Assembly: GCF_006345805.1 (NCBI RefSeq)
Contig: NC_042998.1
Location: forward strand, 46,748,001-46,812,000
DNA from: Octopus sinensis
Taxonomy: Eukaryota
Direction of reading: 5' to 3'
DNA: 64,000 nt
Made by a program: the position numbers and the translations under genes. A model generated the notes under the pieces. That model was given only the letters and a program-made list of their open reading frames with translations, made no database searches and was not told the DNA's origin. The first letter of the stretch is position 1, and each line of letters opens with the position of its first letter. Of this stretch, positions 51,543 to 63,698 are shown in pieces.

Positions 51543-52243
51543 CAATATTCAGGTGACTTTGGCTTACGTGAAAAAAAATTAGATCTCGTGCAGTTAGACA
51601 CCGAAATTGTGATAATATTATTCCAAGTTAGTATCCTGAAACTGTCGGTGCTAACTCCATGTCCCTAACAATACCGACAAAAACAACAATAAATACTTTC
51701 AACAACAACAACTACAACAATAATACTAATAATAATAAGACGGATGTCAGACCCGACCAGACAGACGGATGTAAGACAAGCTGTCCGGATGTAATATCAA
51801 GACAGGTCACATTTCCTTGATGACCTCCAGAAATATAGCCTAAATCCAACACAAACAAAAGAAAAGGTGAGTACAATAATCTGTAGTACACCTAGCCATA
51901 TCATCTGCATTTTCCTTAAATAAATAATAGATATTCATCTAAATATTGGAAAACGTGTCCTGTCGACTGGTTCAAAATTACCTCAAAGTGCTTGATTCTT
52001 CGTTCAGTTTACAGAGTAAGTTGTTGATTCGCTATATCTCAATATTTCGTACCAGCTACTGTCAGCAAGCTTTCGCCAAATTTTCGGTCATGGCTATATG
52101 GTTGAGAACTAAGTTGTACAACCAAGTAGTTTCAGGTTCAGTGCCACAGCATGGCACCTGTGACCAGTAGGCAAGTTCTACAATTGCCTCGAACCGACTG
52201 ACGCATTCCGAGTGAATTTAGTCGACAGAAACTCTGTATGCGA

Positions 52244-52446
52244 AAGGCAGCGAGCTGGCAGAAACGTTAGCACGCCGGGCGAAATGCTTAGCGGTATTTA
52301 GTCTGCCATTACGTTCTGAGTTCAAATTCTGCCGAGGTCGACTTTGCCTTTCATCCTTTCGGGGTCGATAAATTAAGTACCAGTTACGCACTGGGGTCGA
52401 TGTTATCAACTTAATCCCTTTGCCCCTTGTGGGCAATAAAGAAATA
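52244..52446 (+). mobile_element. SINE family C, full length with 17-bp TSD
   Basis: AGAAACTCTGTATGCGA at 52227-52243 and 52447-52463; core gcctttcatcctttcggggtcgataaattaagtaccag. Confidence 0.93.
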
Positions 52447-52499
52447 AGAAACTCTGTATGCGAGTGTGCGCACGTGTGTCGTAAAATGATAGATTTGTA

Positions 52500-52650
52500 T
52501 TTCGTCTGCCTTTTCGTTCGGAGTTCAAATTCCGCCGAGGTTGATTTTACCTTTCATCCTTTAGGGGTCGATAAATTAACTACCTGTGTCGATTTAATCG
52601 ATTGGCTCCGTCTTCCAAAATTTCGGGCCTTGTCCCTAGAGTAGAAAAGT
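52500..52650 (+). mobile_element. SINE family C 5'-truncated copy
   Basis: gagttcaaattccgccgaggttgattttacctttcatcctttaggggtcgataaa. Confidence 0.8.
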
Positions 52651-53209
52651 ATACATACATACATACATAAATATATAGTATGTATGTATCTGCGCGTGTC
52701 TATGTGTTTTTGTAATGGTTGTCGCGAACCATCACTTGATAGCTGCTGTTGGGTTGTTTACGTCTTCGTAAAATAGCGGGTTGGTAAAAAGAAAACCCTT
52801 AGAATATGTACGAGGCTTAATAACAAAATCGTATTGCTGTCAATTTTTTTGATCAAATCCGTGAAGGCATTGCTCCAGCAGGGCCGCTATTCAGTAACGT
52901 AATTAAGTAGAAAGATAAAAGTATATAATAGATATATAAAGTATTAAATGTATAATGTATTTACGTATGCATCTATATCTACACACCATTATATACAGTA
53001 ACAACACCGTAAAATAATGACTTTTTGCCAACGTAATGTGGCAGTCCCAGGATGGTACGAATGTTACTGTTATTTAGCCCCAGGAAACATCGTTTCCAGC
53101 TGGCTATATGACACAAAAAATTCTGTGTCCTTACATTTTCGAACAGGGGCGGTCAGCAGCTCCACCCAGCACAACTTGTGCTGGGTGGGGCTGCTGATAC
53201 ATACATACA

Positions 53210-53240
<31 letters not shown>

Positions 53241-53271
53241 CTTCCCTTCTCTGGATCTTTCCTTCTCCTAT

Positions 53272-53305
53272 GTTTCCGACGAAGAGCTCTGCTCGAAACG
53301 TTAAG
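53272..53305 (+). ncRNA. Minimal hammerhead-like motif with variant core
   Basis: CCGACGA A GAGC TCT GCTC GAAA CGTT A; U4 is replaced by C; stem I pairing is not evident. Confidence 0.4.
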
Positions 53306-53395
53306 CCCTCATTTCCTTCTTTCCTGAGCGTCCAATAATACTATATTTGTTCCACGTCCTCGCGTTGTTGTGTTTTTTTGCTTACTTGTTTGGAT

Positions 53396-53442
<47 letters not shown>

Positions 53443-53454
53443 TATATATATAAT

Positions 53455-56400
53455 ATTGATTGATTGATTGATTGATTCTAGTTTCAGCTTATGAGCTGTG
53501 GCCATGCTGGGGCACCGCCATTTGGTGTTGCTACTTGGTTTCACTTCATGGAGGCTTTCTAGCAACTGCTATTTGGTGCATGAGAGAGTTCGATGCAGCT
53601 GCCCTCATCTGCCCCTCCTGCCGTGAAGTTGGTTCATCTGGGACACCTGACAGGAAGAGATCCAGCTTCATTTTAAAGACATCTGTATCCACCCCATGCA
53701 GGTCTCTCAGGTTCTTCGGGAGGATATTGAAGAGCTGTGGGCCTCGGAAGCCCAGGCTATCACAGAATCTTGTCCTACACTCTTGATGGCAGGTTGGAGT
53801 CCTAGGCACCACGCAGTGGCGCCCAGTTCTGGCATTTGCGTAACTCTCGATGCCAAAGTTCAGGACACTTCCCTCCAGGATCTTCCAGATGTATATTATG
53901 GCATATCTTTCCCGCCTACGCTCCAGGGAATATAATTTTAATCTCTTGAGTCTTTCCCAGTAGCTTACATTCTGCATAGAGGCTATCTTCTGTGTGTAGC
54001 TTCGTTGGATCGCCTCAAGTTCTGTGATCAACTTGACACTGGATGGTGACCATAGCTGAGAGCAATAGTCAAAGTGGCTTAGGACAAGTGTCTTCCAGAG
54101 GACCATCATGGTTTCTTGTTCTCTTGTTCTAAAGGTTCTAAGAATCCATCCAGCCAGCCGTCTACATTTCATTGTCAGTTTAGCAACATGTACATGAAAG
54201 GTCGCGTCATCACTCATGTGAATACCCAGGTCACGCACTGATTGTGCCTCTGGGATTGCAATCCCTCCGGGTCCAGTGTATTCATTGGGTATTGCATTCA
54301 GTTTTGCATGCTGATAGTATAATGCTTGAAACTTTCCAGCATTGAACTGCATGCTATTCTTTTCAGCCCACTTGTATATTTCGTCCAGCTCACATTGCAG
54401 GTGTTTAGTGTCCTCAGGGTTCTGTATTGCCTGTGAAACTTTTGTATCATCTGCATAACTTGTGATCGTGGCTCTCTGCGTAGCTGAGGGCATGTCTGAG
54501 AGGGCCATTATGAACAGTAGTGGTCCCAGAACAGTGCCCTGCGGAACACCGCTCACTATTTGTGTGTTAATGGAGGTGGCCCCATTGGCTACTACCACCT
54601 GACTTCTATCCTTCAGAAAGTCATGAAGCCATTCTCCCAGTTTTCCAACTATGTTGAGATCACGCAGTTTGTGACATATCATTCCATGATCGACTTTATC
54701 AAAGGCCTTTGCAAAGTCGAGATATATCACTTCCACATTTGAGTGGTTGAGCAGCCGTTTCAGCACCCAGTCATAGTGTTGTAGGAGCTGAGTTAAACAG
54801 CTTCTCCCTGGTCGGAAACCATGTTGGGTGTCGGGCAGCAAGTCATTCTCTTCAAGGAAGGTGATCAGCTTCCTTCTGACTATTCGTTCCATGACCTTGC
54901 TGATGTGTGAGGTCAGAGAGATAGGTCTATAGTTCTTGGCTTCCGCTCTGCTACCTCCTTTATGAATGGGGCATATTTTACCTTCCTTCAGTTTTCCTGG
55001 AAGTTTGCCAGCTGCAAGGAAGCTCTGAAAGAGGAACTGAAGTGGTCTTGCTAGGACTCTCTTACATGCTTTTAGGAGGATTGCCGGGAATCCATCGGGG
55101 CCAGTAGCTGAGTCTGTTTTCATTTCATCTATAGCCTTGGTTACATCGTCTTCCTTTATATCGATGTAATCTATCGTCGCCGCCTCTGATTTTATATCTG
55201 CAGTGGTAAAAAAGTCAGTTGGATTGGTGATTTGGAGATGCCCAAGGGGTGGAGTGAAAACACTCTTGAATTGCTCATTCAGTATTTCACTTACCCTCAT
55301 TGGTTTTCCTGTAAGTGTGCCATCCTTTTCGAGGAGTGGCCCTATTCTACAGTGCACTGTAGCTGTTTCTTTGGCATACCTGTAGAAAGCTCTGGGGTTA
55401 GATTTTATGTTTTCTATAGCCCAGGCTTCGTCTGCTCTTTCTTTTTCATGGGAGAGTTGCAGACATTTTTCGATTTCCAACAGTTTTATTTTTAGGCGGG
55501 ACTTTTCACTGCTTTCAATCTGTTTGTTTAGGCGATTTGAAATTTTTGTACGCCGTCTCATTAAAATTTTCCTCTCTCTGGGGATTTTGTTCTTGTGTAC
55601 AGTGGCCTTTCTCTCTGGGACACATTTGTAGCATATGGCTTGCATTACAGACATGAATTGTTGAAGTTTCACGTCGATGTATGGCGAGGAGAGACATTTA
55701 GGCCAGTTTTGTTTGAGGATCTCTTTCTCAATTTGTTTCCAGTTTGCCTTATGGTAGTTCAAGCTGGAAAGATTTTGAGGGTTTCTTGTAGGCTGCATGT
55801 CCGTGCTCTCTTTTGGTCCGTACATGGTCAGCTCTATCATGTTGTGATCCGAGAGTAGTGTCGGTGTCACTTTCACATTATGGATGAGATCCATGTCATT
55901 TGTGAAGCAGAGATCCAGTGTGTTACCTGCCCTGGTTGGTTGGAGTATTACCTGCTCCATGTACAGGGTGTTGATGAGGTTCAGGAGGGACCTCGCCTGT
56001 CCTCGTTCACATCTTGTCATTCCTGGGAGAGAAAGGCCCTCGGGCCATCTGACATTGGGCAGATTGAAGTCTCCCATAAGAAGCACACCTATGTGTTGTT
56101 CTAATGTGGTTAGAATTTCTTCTATTTTTATAAGGCAGTCTTCAAACTTGCCCACATGGCTTGGGGCATCTGGAGGGCGATATGTAGCACACACAACTAC
56201 ATCAAGTTGCCTAATATGTACAATTAGTGTGTCACACACCGAGTTTGAGTATGACAAGAGGACCTGGGGTGTGAGGTCCTCACGGATGTACATAGCAACA
56301 CCTCCATGACTCCTTTCTTTCCTGTCAGTCCGTAGTACAACATACTGTGGTATGTGTAACTCCGCATCTGCTATGTCCGGTTTCAGGTGCGTTTCTGTAA

Positions 56401-56534
56401 GTGCTATGCATAAGGCTTGATTGCATGCAACAAAGTCTCTCAGGAACGGGATCTTTGTTCTGTTACTGAGTGTTTGCAGTCCTCTGATGTTCAGTAGGAG
56501 TATCGAGGTGAGGTGTACGTTGTTGCCGGCGGTG
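53455..56534 (-). mobile_element. CR1/Jockey-group LINE, 5'-truncated at the start of ORF2, with (CAAT)n tail
   Basis: Uninterrupted ORF2, ~70-nt 3' UTR with a stem-loop, (ATTG)n at 53455-53477 on the plus strand, (TA)n on both flanks. Confidence 0.93.
53546..56533 (-). CDS. LINE ORF2: APE endonuclease plus reverse transcriptase (frame open ~995 codons; first Met at 56293)
   Basis: In-frame upstream of the 915-aa ORF: [32 protein letters not shown]; then [65 protein letters not shown]. Confidence 0.93.
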   Translation of the reverse strand, partial: TAGNNVHLTSILLLNIRGLQTLSNRTKIPFLRDFVACNQALCIALTETHLKPDIADAELHIPQYVVLRTDRKERSHGGVAMYIREDLTPQVLLSYSNSVCDTLIVHIRQLDVVVCATYRPPDAPSHVGKFEDCLIKIEEILTTLEQHIGVLLMGDFNLPNVRWPEGLSLPGMTRCERGQARSLLNLINTLYMEQVILQPTRAGNTLDLCFTNDMDLIHNVKVTPTLLSDHNMIELTMYGPKESTDMQPTRNPQNLSSLNYHKANWKQIEKEILKQNWPKCLSSPYIDVKLQQFMSVMQAICYKCVPERKATVHKNKIPRERKILMRRRTKISNRLNKQIESSEKSRLKIKLLEIEKCLQLSHEKERADEAWAIENIKSNPRAFYRYAKETATVHCRIGPLLEKDGTLTGKPMRVSEILNEQFKSVFTPPLGHLQITNPTDFFTTADIKSEAATIDYIDIKEDDVTKAIDEMKTDSATGPDGFPAILLKACKRVLARPLQFLFQSFLAAGKLPGKLKEGKICPIHKGGSRAEAKNYRPISLTSHISKVMERIVRRKLITFLEENDLLPDTQHGFRPGRSCLTQLLQHYDWVLKRLLNHSNVEVIYLDFAKAFDKVDHGMICHKLRDLNIVGKLGEWLHDFLKDRSQVVVANGATSINTQIVSGVPQGTVLGPLLFIMALSDMPSATQRATITSYADDTKVSQAIQNPEDTKHLQCELDEIYKWAEKNSMQFNAGKFQALYYQHAKLNAIPNEYTGPGGIAIPEAQSVRDLGIHMSDDATFHVHVAKLTMKCRRLAGWILRTFRTREQETMMVLWKTLVLSHFDYCSQLWSPSSVKLITELEAIQRSYTQKIASMQNVSYWERLKRLKLYSLERRRERYAIIYIWKILEGSVLNFGIESYANARTGRHCVVPRTPTCHQECRTRFCDSLGFRGPQLFNILPKNLRDLHGVDTDVFKMKLDLFLSGVPDEPTSRQEGQMRAAASNSLMHQIAVARKPP

Positions 56535-56626
<92 letters not shown>

Positions 56627-57064
56627 TATGCGTCTATGAGTCTGTATATATATATATATATATACATATATGAGTGTCTGTGTGTATGGTTGTATGTATA
56701 TATGTCTGGCAACATGGTTGCTTACATGGGTTTGTGCATGTGTATGTATTTGGGCAAGTCATAAAAGATGGTGATAGTGCTTAAGAAGATTTTTTACCTT
56801 TGTTTACCTATCCGTATTTGCAGGGTGTATTCGAGATTCTTAAGAAGCGGGTAACTTGGCCACCAACCGCTAAATGATACTTAGCCACATGCCAAGAAGT
56901 GCTTGCTGTTAAATGAAAATAAACAACTAGGGTATAAGTTAAAATGTGGTCTATATTATATACACACATACAGTAATTCTTACGTATGTATGTATGTATG
57001 TATGTATGTATGTATGTATGTTTGTATGTATGTATGCACGTATGTACGTACGTATGTATGTTGT

Positions 57065-57290
57065 TTTTATGTCCAGTTATAATAAAAACAATTTTACATC
57101 AATGTGATGGGTTACTCTATACTTTAGTAAAGTATAGATTTATTATTCTTAAACAAGAAAATTATTGAGTATGACTTCGAAGTTTCGGCCAGTTGAGCTC
57201 CCGCCTGACTGCGACGATGGGTTAGCTGGCCGAAACTTCGAAGTCACTAGCCATAATATTCTCCTTTCAGAATAATATGAATAAAATGTG
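57065..57290. repeat. Second copy of the fold-back family seen at 27515
   Basis: aaaacaattttacat..ggttactctatac..gacttcgaagtttcggccag...ctggccgaaacttcgaagtca. Confidence 0.75.
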
Positions 57291-57368
57291 TGTCTGTGTG
57301 TGTACACGTACATATATACATTGTGCGTGCAAAGTATACAAATGTATATGTACGTTGTAAGTATATGT

Positions 57369-57402
<34 letters not shown>

Positions 57403-57595
57403 GTATGTATCTGTGCGTATGTGCATATATATATATATATATATGTATGTATCTGTGTGTATGTGCATCGTGCCTATGTGTTATTTATCGCGGGCTATAT
57501 ATATATATTATATACACATATATATACATATACATAAACATACATAAACATACATATACATATATATATATATACACACATATATTATATATATA

Positions 57596-57642
<47 letters not shown>

Positions 57643-58602
57643 TGCATATATATGTGTGTGTGAAATAGAGATAGATAGATAGATGGATAGATAGTTAAAT
57701 AGATAGATAGGTAGAGAAAGAGAGAGGGAGATAGAGAGAGGGGTTGCGGGAGAGAGCGTGACAAGGAAGAAAATCGTAAAATGATAGATTGGTTAAATAA
57801 GCAAGTGAAAATATATATAAATAAATCCTTGGAAAGACATAAAGGAATTCGAAGACAAACGAATGTCGGCGTAGGGGCACACCCTTCTTATCAAAACTGT
57901 CAGGATGTGGTTATATACTGTGTGGTGTGTGAAGGGGACTCTTTAAAGTAAGGGTCTATGTTTAGGGGTTTGATGTTTTCAGTGCATAATACAGAAAAAA
58001 ATACTTTTTCTACCTTACATATCTTTCATTCGTTCTCTTAAATATTTTTATGTTTGTTTCCAATTTTCTAGTGCTCTAGTTCTACTTCTTATTGTTTGTT
58101 TCTTTTCTTTCTCCTCTTTTACTATTTTAACGGACGTTCGTATTCTCAGTCCCTATTCATCTATCCCTCTATCCGTATCAACTTTCTGTTCAGCTTCTAC
58201 AACACGGAATACTTTCTTACAAGATAATATTATTACAGTAACATATTTCAGTGTGATTATTTCATTATCACATGTTAAAAGCTTCGTTTAGAAGCACTGA
58301 GCCGTATTGATTTACACACTCACACTCATACACGCATGTACGCCCATGCATACAATCCCACATACATTTTTGTATGGATCTTCCTAGATGTACTCGAATA
58401 AAGAACTGACTGCACATATTGAAAGTGTGGGGTATATTTGAATTTCCTATGATTCTCTTTACAACCGAGACTTAACAACGTACAAGTAACCAGTATTTTT
58501 TGTGTTGATTTATGATATGCATATATCATAAGTTAACAGACAACCAGAAATATAACTGCTTGATACATTGCTAACTCAGCTGTATACGTATATATTTTAT
58601 TT

Positions 58603-58921
58603 ATGCGCCCTTTTCAAGCCTAGCCAGGCTCATGGGCCCGGTTTCCCGGTTTCTATGGCGTATGTGTTCCTCCCCGCTGGACGGGACGCCAGTCCATCGC
58701 AGCGTTACTCAAGAAACAGAAGAAAGAGTGAGAGAAAGTTGGGGTGAAAGAGTACAACAGGGATTGCCACCACCCCCTGTCGGAGCCTCGTAGAGCTTTA
58801 GGTGTTTTCGCTTAATAAACACACACAACTCCCGGTCTGGGAATCGAAACAGCGATCGTCCAACCGCGAGTCCGCTGCCCTAACCACTGGGCCATTGATA
58901 CTGAAGCTCTTTGCGCCTCCA
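58603..58921 (-). mobile_element. Chimeric SINE: family-A head and core with family-B tail
   Basis: atgcgcccttt..ggcccggtttcccggtttc..gcagcgttactca (as at 1944) fused to agaagaaagagtgagagaaag..gctttaggtgttttcgc..tgcgcctcca. Confidence 0.88.
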
Positions 58922-59019
58922 TACGTATATTTATTTATTGATAAATGCATACATACATGGCTCATCCAGCCATAAATACATGCACTCATAGATACACAAG
59001 TACTTATATACAAATCCGA

Positions 59020-59210
59020 GACAGACAAGTAAAGGTATGTACCGTCATAGAGATCAGCTGCTCTACTGATGTGAATATCTCTTTGAAAATCAAAGAGGAG
59101 GATAACTATAGACAACTGATTCGAAACCTTCAGGTTCTATAGCCAGATTATAAATTCATGTTTATACGAATAGGAATAGACTGGTTTTGTGAATGCTTGC
59201 TTATGTGACA
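59020..59210 (+). pseudogene. RLE-type LINE C-terminal fragment
   Basis: RDRQVKVCTVIEISCSTDVNISLKIKEEDNYRQLIRNLQVL*PDYKFMFI; same family as 6440. Confidence 0.75.
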
Positions 59211-59689
59211 GTCTGAAAAAGCTAGAGTTTTCAGAAAAGGAAATTAGTCATTTAATATTTCCATTACAAATACAATCTCAAAGCAGACAATAAAAATATG
59301 CAAAATTAAGAAAATGATGAACAGTCTTAATTGATTTTCAAAGCTTATTGGTTTCTCATCAGGATTGTTGGGGGGGGGGCTCTGAATAGACGTAGTGTCT
59401 TTAATTTCAGGCAGCTGCACCATGACAGGGACGTCCAAGTAGACCAGCATCACTGGTTACTCAACTACAAATCTCACTTGATGGCACCCAACGTAATACC
59501 CCAACACCCAACGTAATTTGGTGGATAAAAAAGTGTGAGAATGATATTAACACTGCACTAATAAGCGAAAGACTCCGCATATGGTTTCTCAGAGAGTCAC
59601 TGGCTAGGTAAGAGGGAACCTATTCAGGTCAACGGCCTAGTGTTTGAGGCCGAAGTGTGTCTCAGGGAGAGTCATAAGGTTGTGGCTAA

Positions 59690-59920
59690 CAGCCTGGTGA
59701 GGAATGGGCGTCGTCACACTAACTTGCCCATGAGACATTCATGATGATGAAAACCAAACGAGAACCATACTGTATCTGTCGTCACCCGGTTTAACATCAT
59801 GAGTGGACAGGCCTCAGCTTCGCCGAATGACAGAGGGCAGATTGCCGAGGGAAATGATGAAATCTGGTTGCGACGTCATCAATGAATGCCTCAAAGACCA
59901 CACATTCAACGGTAGGAAGA
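59690..59920 (+). pseudogene. Possible old RTE-LINE remnant
   Basis: QLRRMTEGRLPREMM resembles the RTE motif GHVxRMxDGRLPK; heavily decayed. Confidence 0.35.
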
Positions 59921-60111
59921 TAGTGGGGATCAGCGGTGTCTACATCGCTTGACCAATCTCAGAGAAACAAGATTATATCTACAACAAATCCAGTGGCTTC
60001 TGAGGATTGGTGTTACCAATTTGCATTCTAAAATATTTAACACTTTATTCATTATGAGCTGCCGGTCAACGCGTATCTCAGTCCATCCATCATCAAGGTA
60101 TGATATAATAT

Positions 60112-60335
60112 ATTCTTTTATTCTTTTATTTGTTTCAGTCATTTGACTGCGGCCATGTTGGAGCACCGCCTTAAACTTTTTAGTCGAAGAAATCGACCCC
60201 AGGACTTATTATTTGTAAGCCTATTACACTTATTCTGTCCGTCTCTTTCTGTCGAACCGCTAAGTTGTGAGGACGTAAACACGCCAACGTCGGTTGGCAA
60301 GCGATGGTGGGGAAACAAACACAGACACAAAGACA
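60112..60335 (-). mobile_element. SINE family D 3' half
   Basis: tttcagtcatttgactgcggccatgttggagcaccgcctt...cggttggcaagcgatg. Confidence 0.85.
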
Positions 60336-60336
60336 T

Positions 60337-60382
<46 letters not shown>

Positions 60383-61964
60383 ACACACACACATATATAT
60401 AATAGAAATATGATACAAAAAGAAAATAGAAACTACACATGTAAATGTAAGGGGAAAGTAAGAAGAAAACTAAGCGAAAATGCACATTGGAAATCAAAAA
60501 AAGTAAAGGCTTTTTATGAAAAGTAACGACAGATATATACAATTAGATGAACTGAGGTAGGAATAAAAGTAATAGAAGTCATTATTGTGAATTGTTAAAG
60601 AGATTTAAAAGCATACCGGTTTCGTAAATTTACTAATCATTGCTTTGAATGACACCGATTAATGAACGGTGTCACGTCTACTAGTCTCTGAGTAAAGAGA
60701 TTTTGTGTAAGGGAGGTAAGTAGTTCTGGATCTGGTGCAATTAGGGTAGATATAGATCTGTAATGTCAATGGTGTACGGGATGTATGGGGGTTGGCGGTA
60801 TTACTTGAGAGGTTAGTAGTGTTCTGTATTTATGTTATGTGTTCATGTTATGTATGTATATATATATATATATATATTAACAATTAAGGAACGGCCATAA
60901 TAGGCCATTCACCCACTAGAAATAACAGCCAAAGCTTCTACCGCAAATAAAGATCAATTCCGTAAACAGGAGAAAATTAAAAAAACATTTACCCTGTAAT
61001 TTCTTGTACGGTATACCGTTTCATCTCCGTTGTTTAATGGTAAACCAACCTAATTAAATTAAATCAAGCCAATCTTCCATAAGCCCTCGGATTCCATCAG
61101 CAAGAATAGCTCTCGGGACAGATAATTACACGAGGCATATCCCATCTTGCCAAGTCAATATCTGACCTAAAATTTTCAAATCGTCGTCGCACCTCGCGCC
61201 AAATTTATCGGCAGCAAATAAATATCAGCCGTCGATTCCATTACGGAATTAACCAAAAATTCATAATTAACAATATAGGGTGGCAAGGAAAATTTTGTAG
61301 ATTTTATGCCACCGCGGCCCAGCGGAAAAAATTAAATAGTCATAGACCATTTTTAAGTTCAACATTAACAATTAAGGAACGGCCATAATAGCCATTCACC
61401 CACTAGAAATAACCCAAAGCTTCTAACCGCAATAAAGATCAATTCCGTAACAGGAGAAAATTAAAAAAACATTTACCCTGTAATTTCTTGTACGGTACCG
61501 TTTCATCCGTTGTTTAATGGTAACCAACCTAATTAAATTAAATCAAGCCAATCTTCCATAAGCCCTCGGATTCATCAGCAGAATAGCTCTCGGGACAGAT
61601 AATTACACGAGGCATATCCCATCTTGCCAATCAATATCTGACCTAAAATTTTCAAATCGTCGCACTCGCGCCAAATTTATCGGCAGCAAATAAATATCAG
61701 CCGTCGATTCCATTACGGAATTAACCAAAAAATTCATAATTAATCAATATAGGGTGGCAAGGAAAATTTTGTAGAATTTTATTGCCACCAGCGGCCCAGC
61801 GGGAAAAAAATTAAATAGTCATAGACCATTTTTAAGTTCAACATTAACAATTAAGGAACGGCCATAATAGGCCATTCACCCACTAGAAATACAGCCAAAG
61901 CTTCTACCGCAAATAAAGATCAATTCCGTAAACAGGAGAAAATTAAAAAAACATTTACCCTGTA

Positions 61965-62070
61965 ATTTCTTGTACGGTATACCGTTTCATCCGTTGTTTA
62001 ATGGTAAACAACCTAATTAAATTAAATCAAGCCAATCTTCCATAAGCCCTCGGATTCATCAGCAAGAAAT
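61965..62070 (-). ncRNA. Type I hammerhead ribozyme (array 2, intact tandem copy; others at 60999-61107, 61483-61584, 62445-62553 carry small indels)
   Basis: Reverse complement of the 62849-62955 fold, with core and stems intact. Confidence 0.85.
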
Positions 62071-62848
62071 AGCTCTCGGGACAGATAATTACACGAGGCA
62101 TATCCCATCTTGCCAAGTCAATATCTGACCTAAAATTTTCAAATCGTCGCACTCGCGCCAAATTTATCGGCAGCAAATAAATATCAGCCGTCGATTCCAT
62201 TACGGAATAACCAAAAAATTCATAATAATCAATATAGGGTGGCAAGGAAAATTTTGTAGAATTTTATTGCCACCAGCGGCCCAGCGGGAAAAAAATTAAA
62301 TTCCAATAGACCATTTTTAAGTTCAACATTAACAATTAAGAACGGCCATATAGGCCATTCACCCACTAGAAATAACAGCCAAAGCTTCTACCGCAATAAA
62401 GATCAATTCCGTAAACGAGAAAATTAAAAAAACTTTACCCTGTAATTTCTTGTACGGTATACCGTTTCATCATCCGTTGTTTAATGGTAAACCAACCTAA
62501 TTAAATTAAATCAAGCCATCTTCCATAAGCCCTCGGATTCATCAGCAAGAAATAGCTCTCGGGACAGATAATTACACGAGGCATTCCCATCTTGCCAAGT
62601 CAATATCTGACCTAAAATTTTCAAATCGTTTTTCCCGCTGGGCCGCTGGTGGCAATAAAATTCTACAAAATTTTCCTGCCACCCTATATTGATTAATTAT
62701 GAATTTTTTGGTTAATTCCTAATGGAATCGACGGCTGATATTATTTGCTGCCGATAATTTGGCGCGAGTGCGACGATTTGAAAATTTTAGGTCAGATATT
62801 GACTTGGCAAGATGGGATATGCTCGTGTAATTATCTGTCCCGAGAGCT

Positions 62849-62955
62849 ATTTCTTGCTGATGAATCCGAGGGCTTATGGAAGATTGGCTTGATTTAATTT
62901 AATTAGGTTGGTTTACCATTAAACAACGGATGAAACGGTATACCGTACAAGAAAT
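62849..62955 (+). ncRNA. Type I hammerhead ribozyme (array 2, inverted copy)
   Basis: Stem I ATTTCTTG (62849-56)/CAAGAAAT (62948-55); CTGATGA 62857-63; stem II ATCCG/CGGAT enclosing 58 nt; GAAA 62932-35; palindromic stem III ACGGTATACCGT; GUA cleavage triplet ending at 62947. Confidence 0.88.
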
Positions 62956-63188
62956 TACAGGGTAAATGTGTTTTTAATTTTCTCCTGTTTACGGAATTGA
63001 TCTTTATTTGCGGAGAAGCGTTGGCTGTTATTTCTAGTGGGTGAATGGCCTATTATGGCCGTTCCTTAATTGTTAATGTTGAACTTAAAAATGGTCTATG
63101 ACTATTTAATTTTTTTCCCGCTGGGCCGCTGGTGGCAATAAAATTCTACAAAATTTTCCTTGCCACCCTATATTGATTAATTATGAAT

Positions 63189-63223
<35 letters not shown>

Positions 63224-63230
63224 ATATATG

Positions 63231-63584
63231 GATGGATGGAAGCACTCCGTCGGTTACGACGATGAGGGTTCCGGTTGATCCGAATCAACGGAACAGCCTG
63301 CTCGTGAAATTAACGTGTAAGTGGTTGAGCACTCCACAACACGTGCACCCTTAACGTAGTTCTCGGGGATATTCAGCGTGACAAGGCCGGCCCCTTGAAA
63401 TACAGGTACAAAAAACAGGAAGTAAGAGTGAGAGAAAGTTGTGGTGAAAGAGTACAACAGGGATCACCACCATCCCCTGCCGGAGCCTCGTGGAGCTTTA
63501 AGGTGTTTTCGCTCAATAAACACTCACAACGCCCGGTCTGGGAATCGAGTCCACTGCCCTAACCACTGGGCCATTGCGCCTCCA
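63231..63584 (-). mobile_element. SINE family A, tail type 2, with (TGGA)n end
   Basis: Homologous to 22682 and 49182; small internal deletions. Confidence 0.9.
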
Positions 63585-63594
63585 TATATATATC

Positions 63595-63698
<104 letters not shown>

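Larger units (their letters stand above)
60876..63189. mobile_element. Hammerhead-bearing ~485-bp tandem array (3.6 units) plus an inverted ~1.15 units (retrozyme/pLTR-like)
   Basis: attaacaattaaggaacggcc starts at 60876, 61364, 61843 and 62328; orientation flips at ~62629; (TA)n on both flanks. Confidence 0.9.

Noticed and set aside
62027-62245. 72-aa ORF repeated in array 2, and the 85-98 aa ORFs in array 1
   Set aside because: Broken by indels between copies and without domain motifs; the units are better explained as structured non-coding RNA.
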